40,444 nucleotides of DNA from an uncultured Candidatus Saccharibacteria bacterium (GTDB lineage Bacteria; Patescibacteriota; Minisyncoccia; Portnoybacterales; GWB1-42-6). Position numbers and translations under genes: made by a program. The notes under the pieces were generated by a model, which saw only the letters and a list, made by a program, of their open reading frames with translations, ran no database searches and was not told where the DNA came from. Below are positions 8,300 through 18,276 of the stretch, piece after piece. Within the stretch, counting starts at the first letter, position 1. Every line of letters begins with the position of its first letter. The DNA lies in contig CAYMCB010000001.1 of assembly GCA_964388895.1 (NCBI GenBank), positions 1-40,444 of the forward strand, read 5' to 3'.

Positions 8300-8383
8300 A
8301 ATTTTTACTTCTTTATTTTTTGCTAATCTCTTTTTTCGTCTTTAATAGATAACACTTATCTTGCTAAAAGGTGTCAAACGAAA

Positions 8384-9667
8384 TTATTTTTCCTGAGCTT
8401 CTTCTAACTTCACCGAAACCGTTTTTTCTTTGCCTTTGCTTAAAATTTTAAGGCTTATTGTATCGCCAATATTTTTTTGGCGGATAAGAAAAGCTAATGA
8501 TTTACCTTTTTCGATTTTTGTGCCATCTATTTCTAAAATAATATCATTTTCTACAATACCTGCTTTATCAGCTGGCGAGCCAGGCACAACTGCCAGCTCA
8601 TCAGCAGTATCGCCTCTAGCCACTAAAGCGCCATAATCCACTGGCAAATTATTTTTTTCCTTAAGAGCTGGCGTTATCTGAACATAACGAACTCCAAGAT
8701 ATGGACGAACAATTTTACCGTATTTTTTAACAGAGTCAACCACACTTTTAACTAAATTCGCTGGCAAAGCAAAACCGATATTCTCTGCGCCGGCAGAGAC
8801 AGCTACGTTTACCCCAATAACTTTCCCGTTTAAATCCAAGAGTGGCCCGCCTGAATTTCCAGGATTAATCGCTGCATCAGTCTGGATAACTTCTTCCAAA
8901 GATTCTGATCGGCCAAAACTATCACCGGCAACAATAGAACGAGAGAGCCCAGAAACGATACCCATTGAAACTGAATTTCTAAATTCGCCAAGAGCATTAC
9001 CAATAGCAATAACTTTCTGCCCTAACTTTATCTTTTCAGAATCGCCAAACTCTAAATAAGGAACATGGGGAGCTTTTATTTTTAAAACAGCTATATCAAA
9101 AAGCGGGTCGCGCGCCAAAACATTTGCTTCGTATTTTTTACCATCATTAGTTAAAACAGTATATTCTGCTTGTTCATCTTCTACTACGTGTTTATTAGTC
9201 ACAACTAAACCATCCTCTGAGACAAAAAATCCTGAGCCACCACCGATTTCTTTTTTTTCTGTTCCTTTTTCTTTAGTCTGAGGCAATCTAAAATTAAAAC
9301 CAAAAGGATTCCAGAAAAATTCCTCAAAAGGATTAAAATTCTCAAAATACTCTTCAATAATTGGCACATCTTTTGTTATAACAATTGAAACTACCGCTGG
9401 GTTAACTCTTTCAATGGTTTCAGTCACTGCTGCCTCCTCGGAAAGAATAATACGCTCCCCTTCTTCCTGATTAATTTTTCTTTCTTTAAAATCAAGAAAA
9501 TATTGCTTGGCAAAATAATCAAAGATTTTAGCACGATTAAAATAGACAAAAGAACCAGCCGCCACCAAAAACACCAAAAATAAAATCAAGGAAAAAATAA
9601 AAATTACAAAAAAATTCTTTTTGTTTTCTTTTATTTCTTTTATAAAATCTATGTTTTGATTACTCAT
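8384..9667 (-). CDS. htrA: HtrA/DegP-family serine protease: N-terminal TM anchor, trypsin domain, one PDZ domain
   Basis: TM segment FFVIFIFSLILFLVFLVAAGSFVYF. Catalytic triad contexts TNKHVV, DIAVLK and GNSGGPL. The PDZ-like tail contains PADKAGIVENDIILEIDG. Confidence 0.9.
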   Translation of the reverse strand: MSNQNIDFIKEIKENKKNFFVIFIFSLILFLVFLVAAGSFVYFNRAKIFDYFAKQYFLDFKERKINQEEGERIILSEEAAVTETIERVNPAVVSIVITKDVPIIEEYFENFNPFEEFFWNPFGFNFRLPQTKEKGTEKKEIGGGSGFFVSEDGLVVTNKHVVEDEQAEYTVLTNDGKKYEANVLARDPLFDIAVLKIKAPHVPYLEFGDSEKIKLGQKVIAIGNALGEFRNSVSMGIVSGLSRSIVAGDSFGRSESLEEVIQTDAAINPGNSGGPLLDLNGKVIGVNVAVSAGAENIGFALPANLVKSVVDSVKKYGKIVRPYLGVRYVQITPALKEKNNLPVDYGALVARGDTADELAVVPGSPADKAGIVENDIILEIDGTKIEKGKSLAFLIRQKNIGDTISLKILSKGKEKTVSVKLEEAQEK

Positions 9668-9736
9668 AGTTTTTTGTATTTATTTTTATTATTTGCATCT
9701 ACAATCTAATATATCTTTCTACTTAATAATTTTCAA

Positions 9737-10330
9737 TTACTTCTTTTTCAAAAAACGTGGCCGAGTATATTCCTTCTGGCATTCCACAAAATGAGCCATA
9801 TCTTCAAGATAAGGATATTTAGCTAATTTTTTGCGAACCCGAGAAAGCGCTAGTTTTACTGCATTCTCGCTTTTTTTTACAATTCTAGCAATCTCTTTTA
9901 TCGCTAAATCTTTTTGATAACGCAAAAGCAAAATATCTTTTTCTGTTGGCGGCAACTGCTGGATAGCACGCCATAAAAGCTCTATCTGATATTTTCTTTC
10001 GGCTTTCTGCTCTTGAGTTACTTCTTGAGGAACTTCACCCACTGACTCTAAAGAAATAAATCGTGGTTGACGATAATAATTAACTAAAAGATTATGAGCA
10101 ATAGTTAAAAGATAAGAATAATATGAGTAAGAACGCAAACGAAATTTTGGCAAATTTTGAAAAGCTTTAGTAAAAGTTTCCTGTAGCAAATCTTCGGCAA
10201 CATCTTTTTGATGGCCAATCCGATACCAAAAATAATTAAAAATATGCTGGGCATATTTCTTATAAAGAGCTTCAAATTTTTCAGAATCTTGTTTTGCCTT
10301 TTCAACTAAAAGAATATCTTCCCTATCCAT
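9737..10330 (-). CDS. ECF-type (group 4) sigma-70 family RNA polymerase sigma factor
   Basis: 197 aa. Region 2 (FEALYKKYAQHIFNYFWYRIGHQKDVAEDLLQETF) and region 4 HTH (LLLRYQKDLAIKEIARIVKKSENAVKLALSRVRKKL). Confidence 0.85.
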   Translation of the reverse strand: MDREDILLVEKAKQDSEKFEALYKKYAQHIFNYFWYRIGHQKDVAEDLLQETFTKAFQNLPKFRLRSYSYYSYLLTIAHNLLVNYYRQPRFISLESVGEVPQEVTQEQKAERKYQIELLWRAIQQLPPTEKDILLLRYQKDLAIKEIARIVKKSENAVKLALSRVRKKLAKYPYLEDMAHFVECQKEYTRPRFLKKK

Positions 10331-10386
10331 AAAAGTATTTTTTTGTTTTTCCTCAGTGACTAAAATGATTTTTAAAATTTTAAAAA

Positions 10387-11031
10387 TTAAATAGATAAAA
10401 TCTCCAATAACTTTTGTTTACTGACTGGCCCAATTCGAACAATCTTTGGCTGCGGAGAAGTTAAGTCTAAAACTGTTGATGGTTGAGCAAACTTTAAATC
10501 ACCGGCATCCAAAATTAAATCGGGTTTTAAATAAGATTCTTTAAAATATTTCAAAACTTGGCTAATTTTAGTAGTAGCCGGTTCACCAGAAATATTGGCT
10601 GAAGTGGCCACATAGGGGCGGCCCATGTTTTCCGCCAACCAATAAGTCAATTTATAATCGGGCACTCTCAAAGCGATAGTTTGCCTAGAAGCTGATAAAA
10701 CTTCTGGCAGTTTGGAACGTTTCCATAAAATCACAGTCACAGCTCCCGGCCAAATTATATTCAAAGCTCGCTCAATTTTTTTCTCCACAAAAGCCACTTT
10801 TTTTGCCATTTCAATATCACGCACAATAACAGCCAACGGTTTTGTTTTAAGCCGATTTTTGATTTTAAAAATTTTCTCTATCGCTATTTTATTAGTGGCA
10901 TCACACCCTAAACCATAAACGGTATCGGTCGGAAAAACGACTACGCCACCCGACAGCATAATTTTAGCTGCTTCAATAATCGCCTCCTCGGAATCCCTTA
11001 AACTTTCTGGATTAACTTTTAATATCTTCAT
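10387..11031 (-). CDS. tsaC: L-threonylcarbamoyladenylate synthase, short TsaC/YrdC type (t6A biosynthesis)
   Basis: GGVVVFPTDTVYGLGCDATN, KIKNRLKTKPLAVIV, ATSANISGEP. At 214 aa it lacks a Sua5 C-terminal domain. Confidence 0.85.
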   Translation of the reverse strand: MKILKVNPESLRDSEEAIIEAAKIMLSGGVVVFPTDTVYGLGCDATNKIAIEKIFKIKNRLKTKPLAVIVRDIEMAKKVAFVEKKIERALNIIWPGAVTVILWKRSKLPEVLSASRQTIALRVPDYKLTYWLAENMGRPYVATSANISGEPATTKISQVLKYFKESYLKPDLILDAGDLKFAQPSTVLDLTSPQPKIVRIGPVSKQKLLEILSI

Positions 11032-11036
11032 TTAAT

Positions 11037-12011
11037 TTAATATTCTTTAAATTTTAAATCTATTTCGCGTTGAATAATATGCATAAGCAATCTAGCTAAA
11101 CGGTCAGGATTATGACGAATTAAAGTTTTACGACTAGCCAAATTGGCTCCTAAATATTTAGTTTTGTGACCAATTTTATTTTTGGGATCAAATTTTACTG
11201 GCTCTTTGTTCTCTTTAGCATAAAGATTTAAAAGATGCTGTGGAAATCTTCCATTATTAAAAATAACATAATCTAAACTGCCACCTAAATATTTTTCCAT
11301 AGCTAAAACAAAATCACTTACCGACCAATTATTAGTCTCCCCAAATTTTGTTGTCAAATTACAGACAAAAATTTTTTTTGCCCGGCTAAGTCTAACCGCT
11401 TTAGCGATACCCTGAACTAAAAAATTAGGGATAATACTAGAATAAAAATCACCGGGCCCAATAATAATAAAATTTGCACTTTTTATAGCTGCCAAAGCTC
11501 TTGGATTAGCTTGAGCGCGCGGCTCAAGCCATACTTTATCTATTTTTAAATTAGCGTTATGAACTGGCCTATCAATTTTAGTCTGACCTACAATTATTTG
11601 ACCATTCTCTAATCTCGCACAAAGATTAACCGAACGCGTAGTTACTGGAATTACCTCTCCTTGAATCGCTAAAATTTTAGCAGCCTGTTTAATTGCTTCC
11701 TCAAAATCGCCCGTTATTTTCTCTAAAGCTGTTAAAAAAAGATTACCAAAACTATGATCTTTCAACCCTTGGCCGGCAGGAAAACGATAATTAAATAAAG
11801 CCCGCAAAATTTTATCAGAATCAGCTAAAGCCACTAAACAAGACCTAATATCACCTGGAGGTAAGACTCCTAATTCATCGCGCAGACGCCCAGTAGAACG
11901 ACCGTTGTCGGACATATTTACAATAACTTTTATATTTTTGACATATTTTTTTAATCCTGACAGCACTACAAAGCTGCCAGTCCCCCCTCCTATAACTACA
12001 ATTTTTTTCAT
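11037..12011 (-). CDS. YvcK/CofD-family protein (UPF0052, gluconeogenesis-factor-like)
   Basis: IVVIGGGTGSFVVLSGLK followed by MSDNGRSTGRLRDELGVLPPGDIRSCLVALA, the family signature. Confidence 0.8.
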   Translation of the reverse strand: MKKIVVIGGGTGSFVVLSGLKKYVKNIKVIVNMSDNGRSTGRLRDELGVLPPGDIRSCLVALADSDKILRALFNYRFPAGQGLKDHSFGNLFLTALEKITGDFEEAIKQAAKILAIQGEVIPVTTRSVNLCARLENGQIIVGQTKIDRPVHNANLKIDKVWLEPRAQANPRALAAIKSANFIIIGPGDFYSSIIPNFLVQGIAKAVRLSRAKKIFVCNLTTKFGETNNWSVSDFVLAMEKYLGGSLDYVIFNNGRFPQHLLNLYAKENKEPVKFDPKNKIGHKTKYLGANLASRKTLIRHNPDRLARLLMHIIQREIDLKFKEY

Positions 12012-12020
12012 GACTTTAAA

Positions 12021-14174
12021 CTATTTTAAAGGCCATTTTTCAATCATCAAAATCGGCTCAGGATGATTAGGTATTTCTTGATAAATTGCTTCAGTAATAA
12101 AAGGCATAAAAGGGTGTAAAAGCTTTAAAGAGGATAACAAAACCTGCCACAAAATTAATTGAGCCGTCTGCTTGTCTTTTTGATTAACTGGTTTATTTAT
12201 TCTCGGTTTTGCTATTTCAATATACTTATCACAAAATTTATGCCAGAAAAAATGATAAATAGCTTGAGCTGCCTCATGAAATTTATAAGAATCTAAGTCC
12301 TTGGTAACCTTAGCCGCCGTTTTTTTAAATTCATTTAAAATCCATTTATCGTCAGCACTAAGCTTGGGTTTTATTTTTTTAGGGTTAAAATCTTTATCCC
12401 AATTAGATAAACAAAAACGTGCCGCATTCCAAATTTTATTAGCAAATCTTTTCTGAGCAATAACTTTGTCTTCACCAAAAGGTAAATCATTATCAGAAGC
12501 AGAATTAAAAACTAAAGCCATCCGCAAAGCATCTGCCCCATTTTCATCAACCACAGCTAACGGATCAACTACATTGCCTTTAGATTTAGACATTTTTTGT
12601 TTATCTTTATCGCGAATAAGACCGTGCAAATAGACTTCTTTAAAAGGCTCTTTACCAGTAGTATAAAGACCTAACATAATCATTCGCGCTACCCAAAAAA
12701 ATAGAATATCCCAACCAGTTTCCATCACGGCTGTAGGATAAAATTTCTTAAAATCACTCTCTTTGCTTGCCATTAAAGTAGCAAAAGGCCACTGACCAGA
12801 AGAAAACCAGGTATCGAAGGTATCCATTTCTTCGATAAACTCTGTAGCTCCGCATTTGGGGCACTTCTCTGGTTTTTTATCAGAAATAACAAAACAACCT
12901 TTTATCTCCCCTCCTTGACAATACCAAACCGGAATTCTTATACCCCAAACAATCTGCCGCGAAATATTCCAATCACGAATGTTTCTCATCCAGTGCTGAA
13001 AAATTTTTTCGTATTTTTTACTGATAAATTTAACTCTACCATTTTTTACAGCTTTTACTGCTTCCTGCGCCAAAGGCTTAATTTTCAAAAACCATTGTTC
13101 GGAAACTAAAGGTTCAATAACACTTCTACATTTATAACAAACCCCAACTGCATGCTGATAAGATTCTTCTTTTTCTAAAAAACCAAGAGCTTTTAAATCT
13201 TCTACTACCTTTCTCCTTGCCTCCTCGACTTTAAGTCCTTGATAAGCAGCACCCGCTTCAGCTATCATTTTGCCATCTTGGCCAATAATACTTATTATTT
13301 CTAATTGATGGCGTTGTCCAATATCAAAATCAGTTGCATCATGAGCCGGCGTCACTTTAACAGCACCAGTACCAAAATCTTTTTCTACAACAGAATCAGC
13401 AATAATCGGGATTATCCTATTAGTTAAAGGTAATTTAACTTTTTTACCAACTAATTTTTTGTAACGCTCGTCTTTTGGATTAACAGCTACAGCCGTATCT
13501 CCCAGCATAGTTTCCGGCCGCGTCGTAGCTACTATAATAAATTCTTTTTCATTATCTAACAAAGGGTATTTTATGTACCAAAGTCTATCGGTTCTTTCTT
13601 CGTAACTAACTTCTAAATCGGAAAGGCCAGTCTGATGTTTAGGGCACCAATTAATAATACGTGGTCCGCGATATACCAAACCATCTTTATGCAATCTTTC
13701 AAAAGTTTCATAAACAATTTTTACAATATCGCTGTCCAAGGTAAATTTATTGCGCGACCAATCGCAAGAAGACCCCAATCTTTTTAATTGATTTTTAGCA
13801 ATATCTTTATTCTCTTGGACATAGTCCCAAATCATTTTATAAAGCGTCTTCCGATCAAATTGAAAACGATTTTTCCCTTCTTTCTCTAATTTTTTTTCAA
13901 AAACTACCTGTGTCTCAAAGCCAGCATGATCTGAACCAGGTAGCCAAAGCGTTAAATCACCTCTCATCCGATGATAACGCGTCAAAATATCTTCCAATGT
14001 TGCCATTAAAGCGTGCCCTAAATGTAAAGCCTCGTTAGCGTTAGGCGGAGGCATAATGATACAATATGGTTTTTTTCTCTTACCAGGTAAATTATCAGGA
14101 TTAAAGAAGCCGCTTTCTTCCCAAAGTTGATAAATTTTCGCTTCATTTGCTTGTGGGTTGTAATGTTTTTCCAT
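12021..14174 (-). CDS. valS: Valine--tRNA ligase (717 aa, no C-terminal coiled-coil extension)
   Basis: MPPPNANEALHLGHAL (HIGH), GSDHAGFETQ (ValRS hallmark), KMSKSKGN, CP1 editing region TTRPETMLGDTAVAV. Confidence 0.92.
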   Translation of the reverse strand: MEKHYNPQANEAKIYQLWEESGFFNPDNLPGKRKKPYCIIMPPPNANEALHLGHALMATLEDILTRYHRMRGDLTLWLPGSDHAGFETQVVFEKKLEKEGKNRFQFDRKTLYKMIWDYVQENKDIAKNQLKRLGSSCDWSRNKFTLDSDIVKIVYETFERLHKDGLVYRGPRIINWCPKHQTGLSDLEVSYEERTDRLWYIKYPLLDNEKEFIIVATTRPETMLGDTAVAVNPKDERYKKLVGKKVKLPLTNRIIPIIADSVVEKDFGTGAVKVTPAHDATDFDIGQRHQLEIISIIGQDGKMIAEAGAAYQGLKVEEARRKVVEDLKALGFLEKEESYQHAVGVCYKCRSVIEPLVSEQWFLKIKPLAQEAVKAVKNGRVKFISKKYEKIFQHWMRNIRDWNISRQIVWGIRIPVWYCQGGEIKGCFVISDKKPEKCPKCGATEFIEEMDTFDTWFSSGQWPFATLMASKESDFKKFYPTAVMETGWDILFFWVARMIMLGLYTTGKEPFKEVYLHGLIRDKDKQKMSKSKGNVVDPLAVVDENGADALRMALVFNSASDNDLPFGEDKVIAQKRFANKIWNAARFCLSNWDKDFNPKKIKPKLSADDKWILNEFKKTAAKVTKDLDSYKFHEAAQAIYHFFWHKFCDKYIEIAKPRINKPVNQKDKQTAQLILWQVLLSSLKLLHPFMPFITEAIYQEIPNHPEPILMIEKWPLK

Positions 14175-14242
14175 ACTTTACTTTTTAACTCAATTTAATC
14201 CAATCAATTGTTAAAATAAAAATCAAACAAAATTTTTCTTTT

Positions 14243-15220
14243 TTAAATAAGTAATCCTATAGCTTTTTTAACTTCAGTTAATGTTTGAGAAGCTATCCTC
14301 CGGGCAGCTGCAGCTCCTTCTTGCAAAATTTCCCAAACCTCTGAATCATTTAAAGCATTATATCTTGTCTGGAAAGGCTTTAAAAAATCTATTACTACTT
14401 CTGCTAAATCTTGCTTAAAATCAACATAATTTTTTCCCTGATACATTTTTTCTAACTCTTTTATTTCTTTGTTGGCTAATAAAGAATAAATTTGCAATAA
14501 ATTAGACAAAGCTGGTTTATCCGCTCGAAAAAGTATTTCTCTGCCTGAGTCAGTTACCGCTTTTTTTATTTTTTCTCTTATTAACTCAGGCGAATCAGTC
14601 AAAAAAATACAATCATAACCATTAGCGCTACTTTTTGACATTTTTTTTGTTGGGTCAATTAAAGACATTATTCTAGCCCCTGATTTTTTTATTAAAGCCC
14701 GGGGAACTACAAAAATTTCGCCAAAACGAAAATTAAAACGCTGGGCTAAATCGCGTGTCAGCTCTACATGTTGTGCTTGATCTTCGCCTACTGGCACAAC
14801 GTTTGTTTTATAGAGCAAAATATCAGCTGCCATTAAAACTGGATAGCAAAACAACCCTAAATTTACATCTTTTTTATGCTCTTTAGCTTTTTCTTTATAT
14901 TGAGTCATCCTTTCCATTTCTGGCAAACGCGCCAAAGTATTTAAAATCCAAGCCAGCTCAGCATGTTCTTTAACATGAGATTGAATAAAAATAATTGATT
15001 TTTTCGGATCTAAGCCAGCCGCCAAATAAGTCTTTGCTACCTCAATAGTTTTTTTTGACAATTCCTCAGGGTCACGAGGTACAGTTATAGCATGCAAATC
15101 CACTATGCAAAAAAAGCAACGATAGCTCTCTTGCAATTCTATCCAGTTTTTTATTGCTCCTAAATAATTACCAATGTGCAAAGTGCCACTGGGCTGAGCG
15201 CCAGAAAAAACTATTTCCAT
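14243..15220 (-). CDS. trpS: Tryptophan--tRNA ligase
   Basis: FSGAQPSGTLHIGNYLGA (HIGH-type), VPVGEDQAQHVELTRD, KMSKS. Confidence 0.95.
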   Translation of the reverse strand: MEIVFSGAQPSGTLHIGNYLGAIKNWIELQESYRCFFCIVDLHAITVPRDPEELSKKTIEVAKTYLAAGLDPKKSIIFIQSHVKEHAELAWILNTLARLPEMERMTQYKEKAKEHKKDVNLGLFCYPVLMAADILLYKTNVVPVGEDQAQHVELTRDLAQRFNFRFGEIFVVPRALIKKSGARIMSLIDPTKKMSKSSANGYDCIFLTDSPELIREKIKKAVTDSGREILFRADKPALSNLLQIYSLLANKEIKELEKMYQGKNYVDFKQDLAEVVIDFLKPFQTRYNALNDSEVWEILQEGAAAARRIASQTLTEVKKAIGLLI

Positions 15221-15244
15221 AAAAATTATTATTTATTATTTTAT

Positions 15245-17128
15245 TTATTGTTTTAATTTTACTCCTAATTCTTTTTCTAGTTTTTTAAAAATCTTTTCCC
15301 TGATTTGCTGGGTTTCATTCGAAGAAATCTGTTTTTCCCGGTCTAAATATTCAATCGCTAATGTTAAATAATTTTTATAAATATCTTTAAAAATAAGTCT
15401 GTTAATTCGATTATCGACTGATGAAATTGTTTTGATAATTACAGGGTAAAGAACTCCCTCAGGTATCATAAAAGTCAAGTCTTCTTTAATAGCATTAAAA
15501 GCACAAAGAGGCTTATAAGTCTTTTCTAAAGTTGCGTTTTTCGCCAAAGAGTCAAAATCAAGTTCCACCGCTAAAATTCCGTCTCCTAACTCTAGAATTT
15601 CAAGCTCTGGTTTTTTGTCTTCCTTTATACCTAATTCTTTTATCAAACCTTCAATAATTCCTTTAAAAACTAAATAATCAATGTTTTTTACCATTAATCC
15701 CAATTTTACTGGCTGAAAGGGCAAACCATCACCATTTCGCAAATAGACACTGGCTAATTCAAAAAGCGCTAAAGAATTACTGTAGCCCTGATTCTTTTTT
15801 ATAATCTCCTTAAGCTGAGGCAAAAGAGAAGTTCTTAGATAAGCAAATTCTTCAGAAAGAGAATTAGCTAAAGCTAAAGCGCCCTGACCAGCGTTCGCTA
15901 AGCTTGTGGCAGAATTAGAATAACACTCAAAAAAACCTTGCAGCCGTAAATAATCTTTAACTTTTTCTTCCCAGTAAAAAATAGAATCTTCGACAGAAAA
16001 AGGAATCTGCCCAGTCAATAAATTATCTGGTAATTTATAATAGCCATAGAGACGAATTACTTCTTCAGCTAAATCTTCAGCTATACTTATATCGTCATAT
16101 CGCCAAGATGGCACTATAGCGTGTTTCCCTGCAATTTTGAACCCCAAATCCGATAAAGTTTTATCAACTGTCTTTTTATCAATAATTATTCCGGCAACCG
16201 CATTAATTTTTTTATAATCAATCAAAACTTTTTTAGGACGATAATCAACATTCAAAATATCGATAAGTTTAGAAGCTATTTTAGCTCCAGCATTTTTCTC
16301 CAACATAGCTACTGCTTCCCAAAGTGCTGGCAATACTCCTGCTGTATCAATCCCTTTTTCAAAACGCATTGCTGCTTCAGTTCGATGGCCTAAACTCATA
16401 GAAGCTTGGCGAATACGAGTTGGATTATAAACCTGCACGAAAAGCAAAACATTTTTTGTTTGCTCATCAACCTCGCTGTTTTTAGCGCCCATAATACCAC
16501 ATAAATCAATTAATCGTCCTTCACCATCTTCAATAACAATAACCCCTGACGGCAAAATTCTCTCTACTCCATCCAAAGTAACAACCTTCTCGCCTGATTT
16601 TGATTCTCTGACAATCATTCTATGACCTTTAATTTTATCGTAATCAAAAACATGCATTGGCTGACCTTTATCAAACATCAAATAGTTAGTCACATCAATC
16701 ACATTGTTTAAAGCTCGTGTCCCCACCGCCTCTAAACGTTGCTGCATAAACTTGGGCGATGGCTTGATTTTCACATCAGCTAAGACAATAGCACAAAATC
16801 TCGGCACTAAATTTTTATCTTTTATTTCAACTTCCAATTTATAAGGGCCTGAAGCTTTCTTTCTGTTAAAGTTTCTTGGTTCTTGCCAGCTTACTGAAAA
16901 TCCTTGACGTGGTAAAATAGCTCTTAGCTCCCGCGCAACTCCCAAAACCGAGAGCGCGTCGCCACGGTTAGTAGTTACCTCAATTTCATAATTTTTATCA
17001 CCCCAAGGTAAAGTTTCTATTTTTTCCACACTAAAAGCATGCAAAGATAAAGCCTCAGCTATTTCTTCTGGCTTAGCATCGGTTTTTAAATAATCTTTCA
17101 ACCAACTATGAGGAATTAAAATATTCAT
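15245..17128 (-). CDS. pheT: Phenylalanine--tRNA ligase beta subunit (lacks the N-terminal OB-fold tRNA-binding domain)
   Basis: The B1-like start MNILIPHSWLKDYL runs directly into TTNRGDALSVLGVAREL. B3/4 region PSPKFMQQRLEAVGTRALNNVIDVTNY. FDX-ACB-like C-terminus. Adjacent to pheS. Confidence 0.9.
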   Translation of the reverse strand: MNILIPHSWLKDYLKTDAKPEEIAEALSLHAFSVEKIETLPWGDKNYEIEVTTNRGDALSVLGVARELRAILPRQGFSVSWQEPRNFNRKKASGPYKLEVEIKDKNLVPRFCAIVLADVKIKPSPKFMQQRLEAVGTRALNNVIDVTNYLMFDKGQPMHVFDYDKIKGHRMIVRESKSGEKVVTLDGVERILPSGVIVIEDGEGRLIDLCGIMGAKNSEVDEQTKNVLLFVQVYNPTRIRQASMSLGHRTEAAMRFEKGIDTAGVLPALWEAVAMLEKNAGAKIASKLIDILNVDYRPKKVLIDYKKINAVAGIIIDKKTVDKTLSDLGFKIAGKHAIVPSWRYDDISIAEDLAEEVIRLYGYYKLPDNLLTGQIPFSVEDSIFYWEEKVKDYLRLQGFFECYSNSATSLANAGQGALALANSLSEEFAYLRTSLLPQLKEIIKKNQGYSNSLALFELASVYLRNGDGLPFQPVKLGLMVKNIDYLVFKGIIEGLIKELGIKEDKKPELEILELGDGILAVELDFDSLAKNATLEKTYKPLCAFNAIKEDLTFMIPEGVLYPVIIKTISSVDNRINRLIFKDIYKNYLTLAIEYLDREKQISSNETQQIREKIFKKLEKELGVKLKQ

Positions 17129-17198
17129 TGTTAAAATTATTAAAAAATTCTAATTTACGAATTAATAATATTCTATTGGCTTAAAATAACCTAAACGC

Positions 17199-18236
17199 TC
17201 AAAACTGCTCCAGAAACCTTAAATCATTGTTAAAAAGATGGCGAATATCATCAATCTGGAGACCGGATTTCATCATATAAGTTCTCTCTACTCCCCAGCC
17301 AAAAGCAAAACCACTATAAATTTTGGGATCAACCCCTCCATATTCTAAAACTCTAGGATGCACCATACCCGACCCCCCAAGTTCTACCCATCCGCCCTTG
17401 CAGAAACGACAACCTTTTGCTTCGCATAAACCACAGGAAACATCAATTTCAAAGCTCGGTTCAGTAAAACGAAAATGGTGTGGCCGTAAACGCACACGCC
17501 TTTGAGGCCCAAAAAATCTTTTTACAAAATAATTCATAACACCTTTAAGGTGAGTAATGTTAATTCCTTTGTCTACTACCAGACCTTCAAATTGGAAAAA
17601 AGTTGGCAAATGCCTTACATCTTCTTGGCGTCGACCGCAACGAGAAATATTCAACATACGAATAGGCAAATTGCCTTTTAACATTTCGCGAACTTGACCA
17701 TTGGAAGTATGAGGTGTAATCACTAAACGTCCGTATTTGCGATGAGGTTTCCCTTCTACAAAAAAAGTCTCCCAGTCATCTCGCGCTGGATGGCCAACTG
17801 GAATATTTAAAGCCTCAAAAGCAAAATATTCCCAATCTATCTCTGGATGCCTTACCCGCGTAAAGCCTAAAGGTTTAAAAATTTCTACAATTTCTCTAAT
17901 GGCTTGGGTGATAATATGCAAATGACCAACTGCTGGTTGCTCACCAGGCAAACTTTTCAAAAATTCATTAAGCGAAGAATCTTTTGACTGTTGATTTAAT
18001 TTTTCTCTAATAGCAGATAATTCTTCTTCTATTTTTCTTTTAAAATCATTTATTTGTTTGCCATACTCTTTTTTTTCTTCTATCGGTAATCTAACTAACT
18101 GCATAAAAAGCTCTGTGATTTTTCCTTTTCTACCTAAAAAAATCTGTCGCGTTTTTTCTAAGTCTTCCATAGAAAAAATTCTTTTCAGCGCTTCGGAAAA
18201 TTCTTCCTTTAATTGTTCTAAATTCTTTATTTCCAT
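17199..18236 (-). CDS. pheS: Phenylalanine--tRNA ligase alpha subunit
   Basis: Class II motifs: GHPARDDWETFF, FRFTEPSFEIDV, GFAFGWGVERTYM. Confidence 0.95.
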   Translation of the reverse strand: MEIKNLEQLKEEFSEALKRIFSMEDLEKTRQIFLGRKGKITELFMQLVRLPIEEKKEYGKQINDFKRKIEEELSAIREKLNQQSKDSSLNEFLKSLPGEQPAVGHLHIITQAIREIVEIFKPLGFTRVRHPEIDWEYFAFEALNIPVGHPARDDWETFFVEGKPHRKYGRLVITPHTSNGQVREMLKGNLPIRMLNISRCGRRQEDVRHLPTFFQFEGLVVDKGINITHLKGVMNYFVKRFFGPQRRVRLRPHHFRFTEPSFEIDVSCGLCEAKGCRFCKGGWVELGGSGMVHPRVLEYGGVDPKIYSGFAFGWGVERTYMMKSGLQIDDIRHLFNNDLRFLEQF

Positions 18237-18276
18237 AGCTTTATATAAAATAAAATTTATATAAAATAAATTGAAA

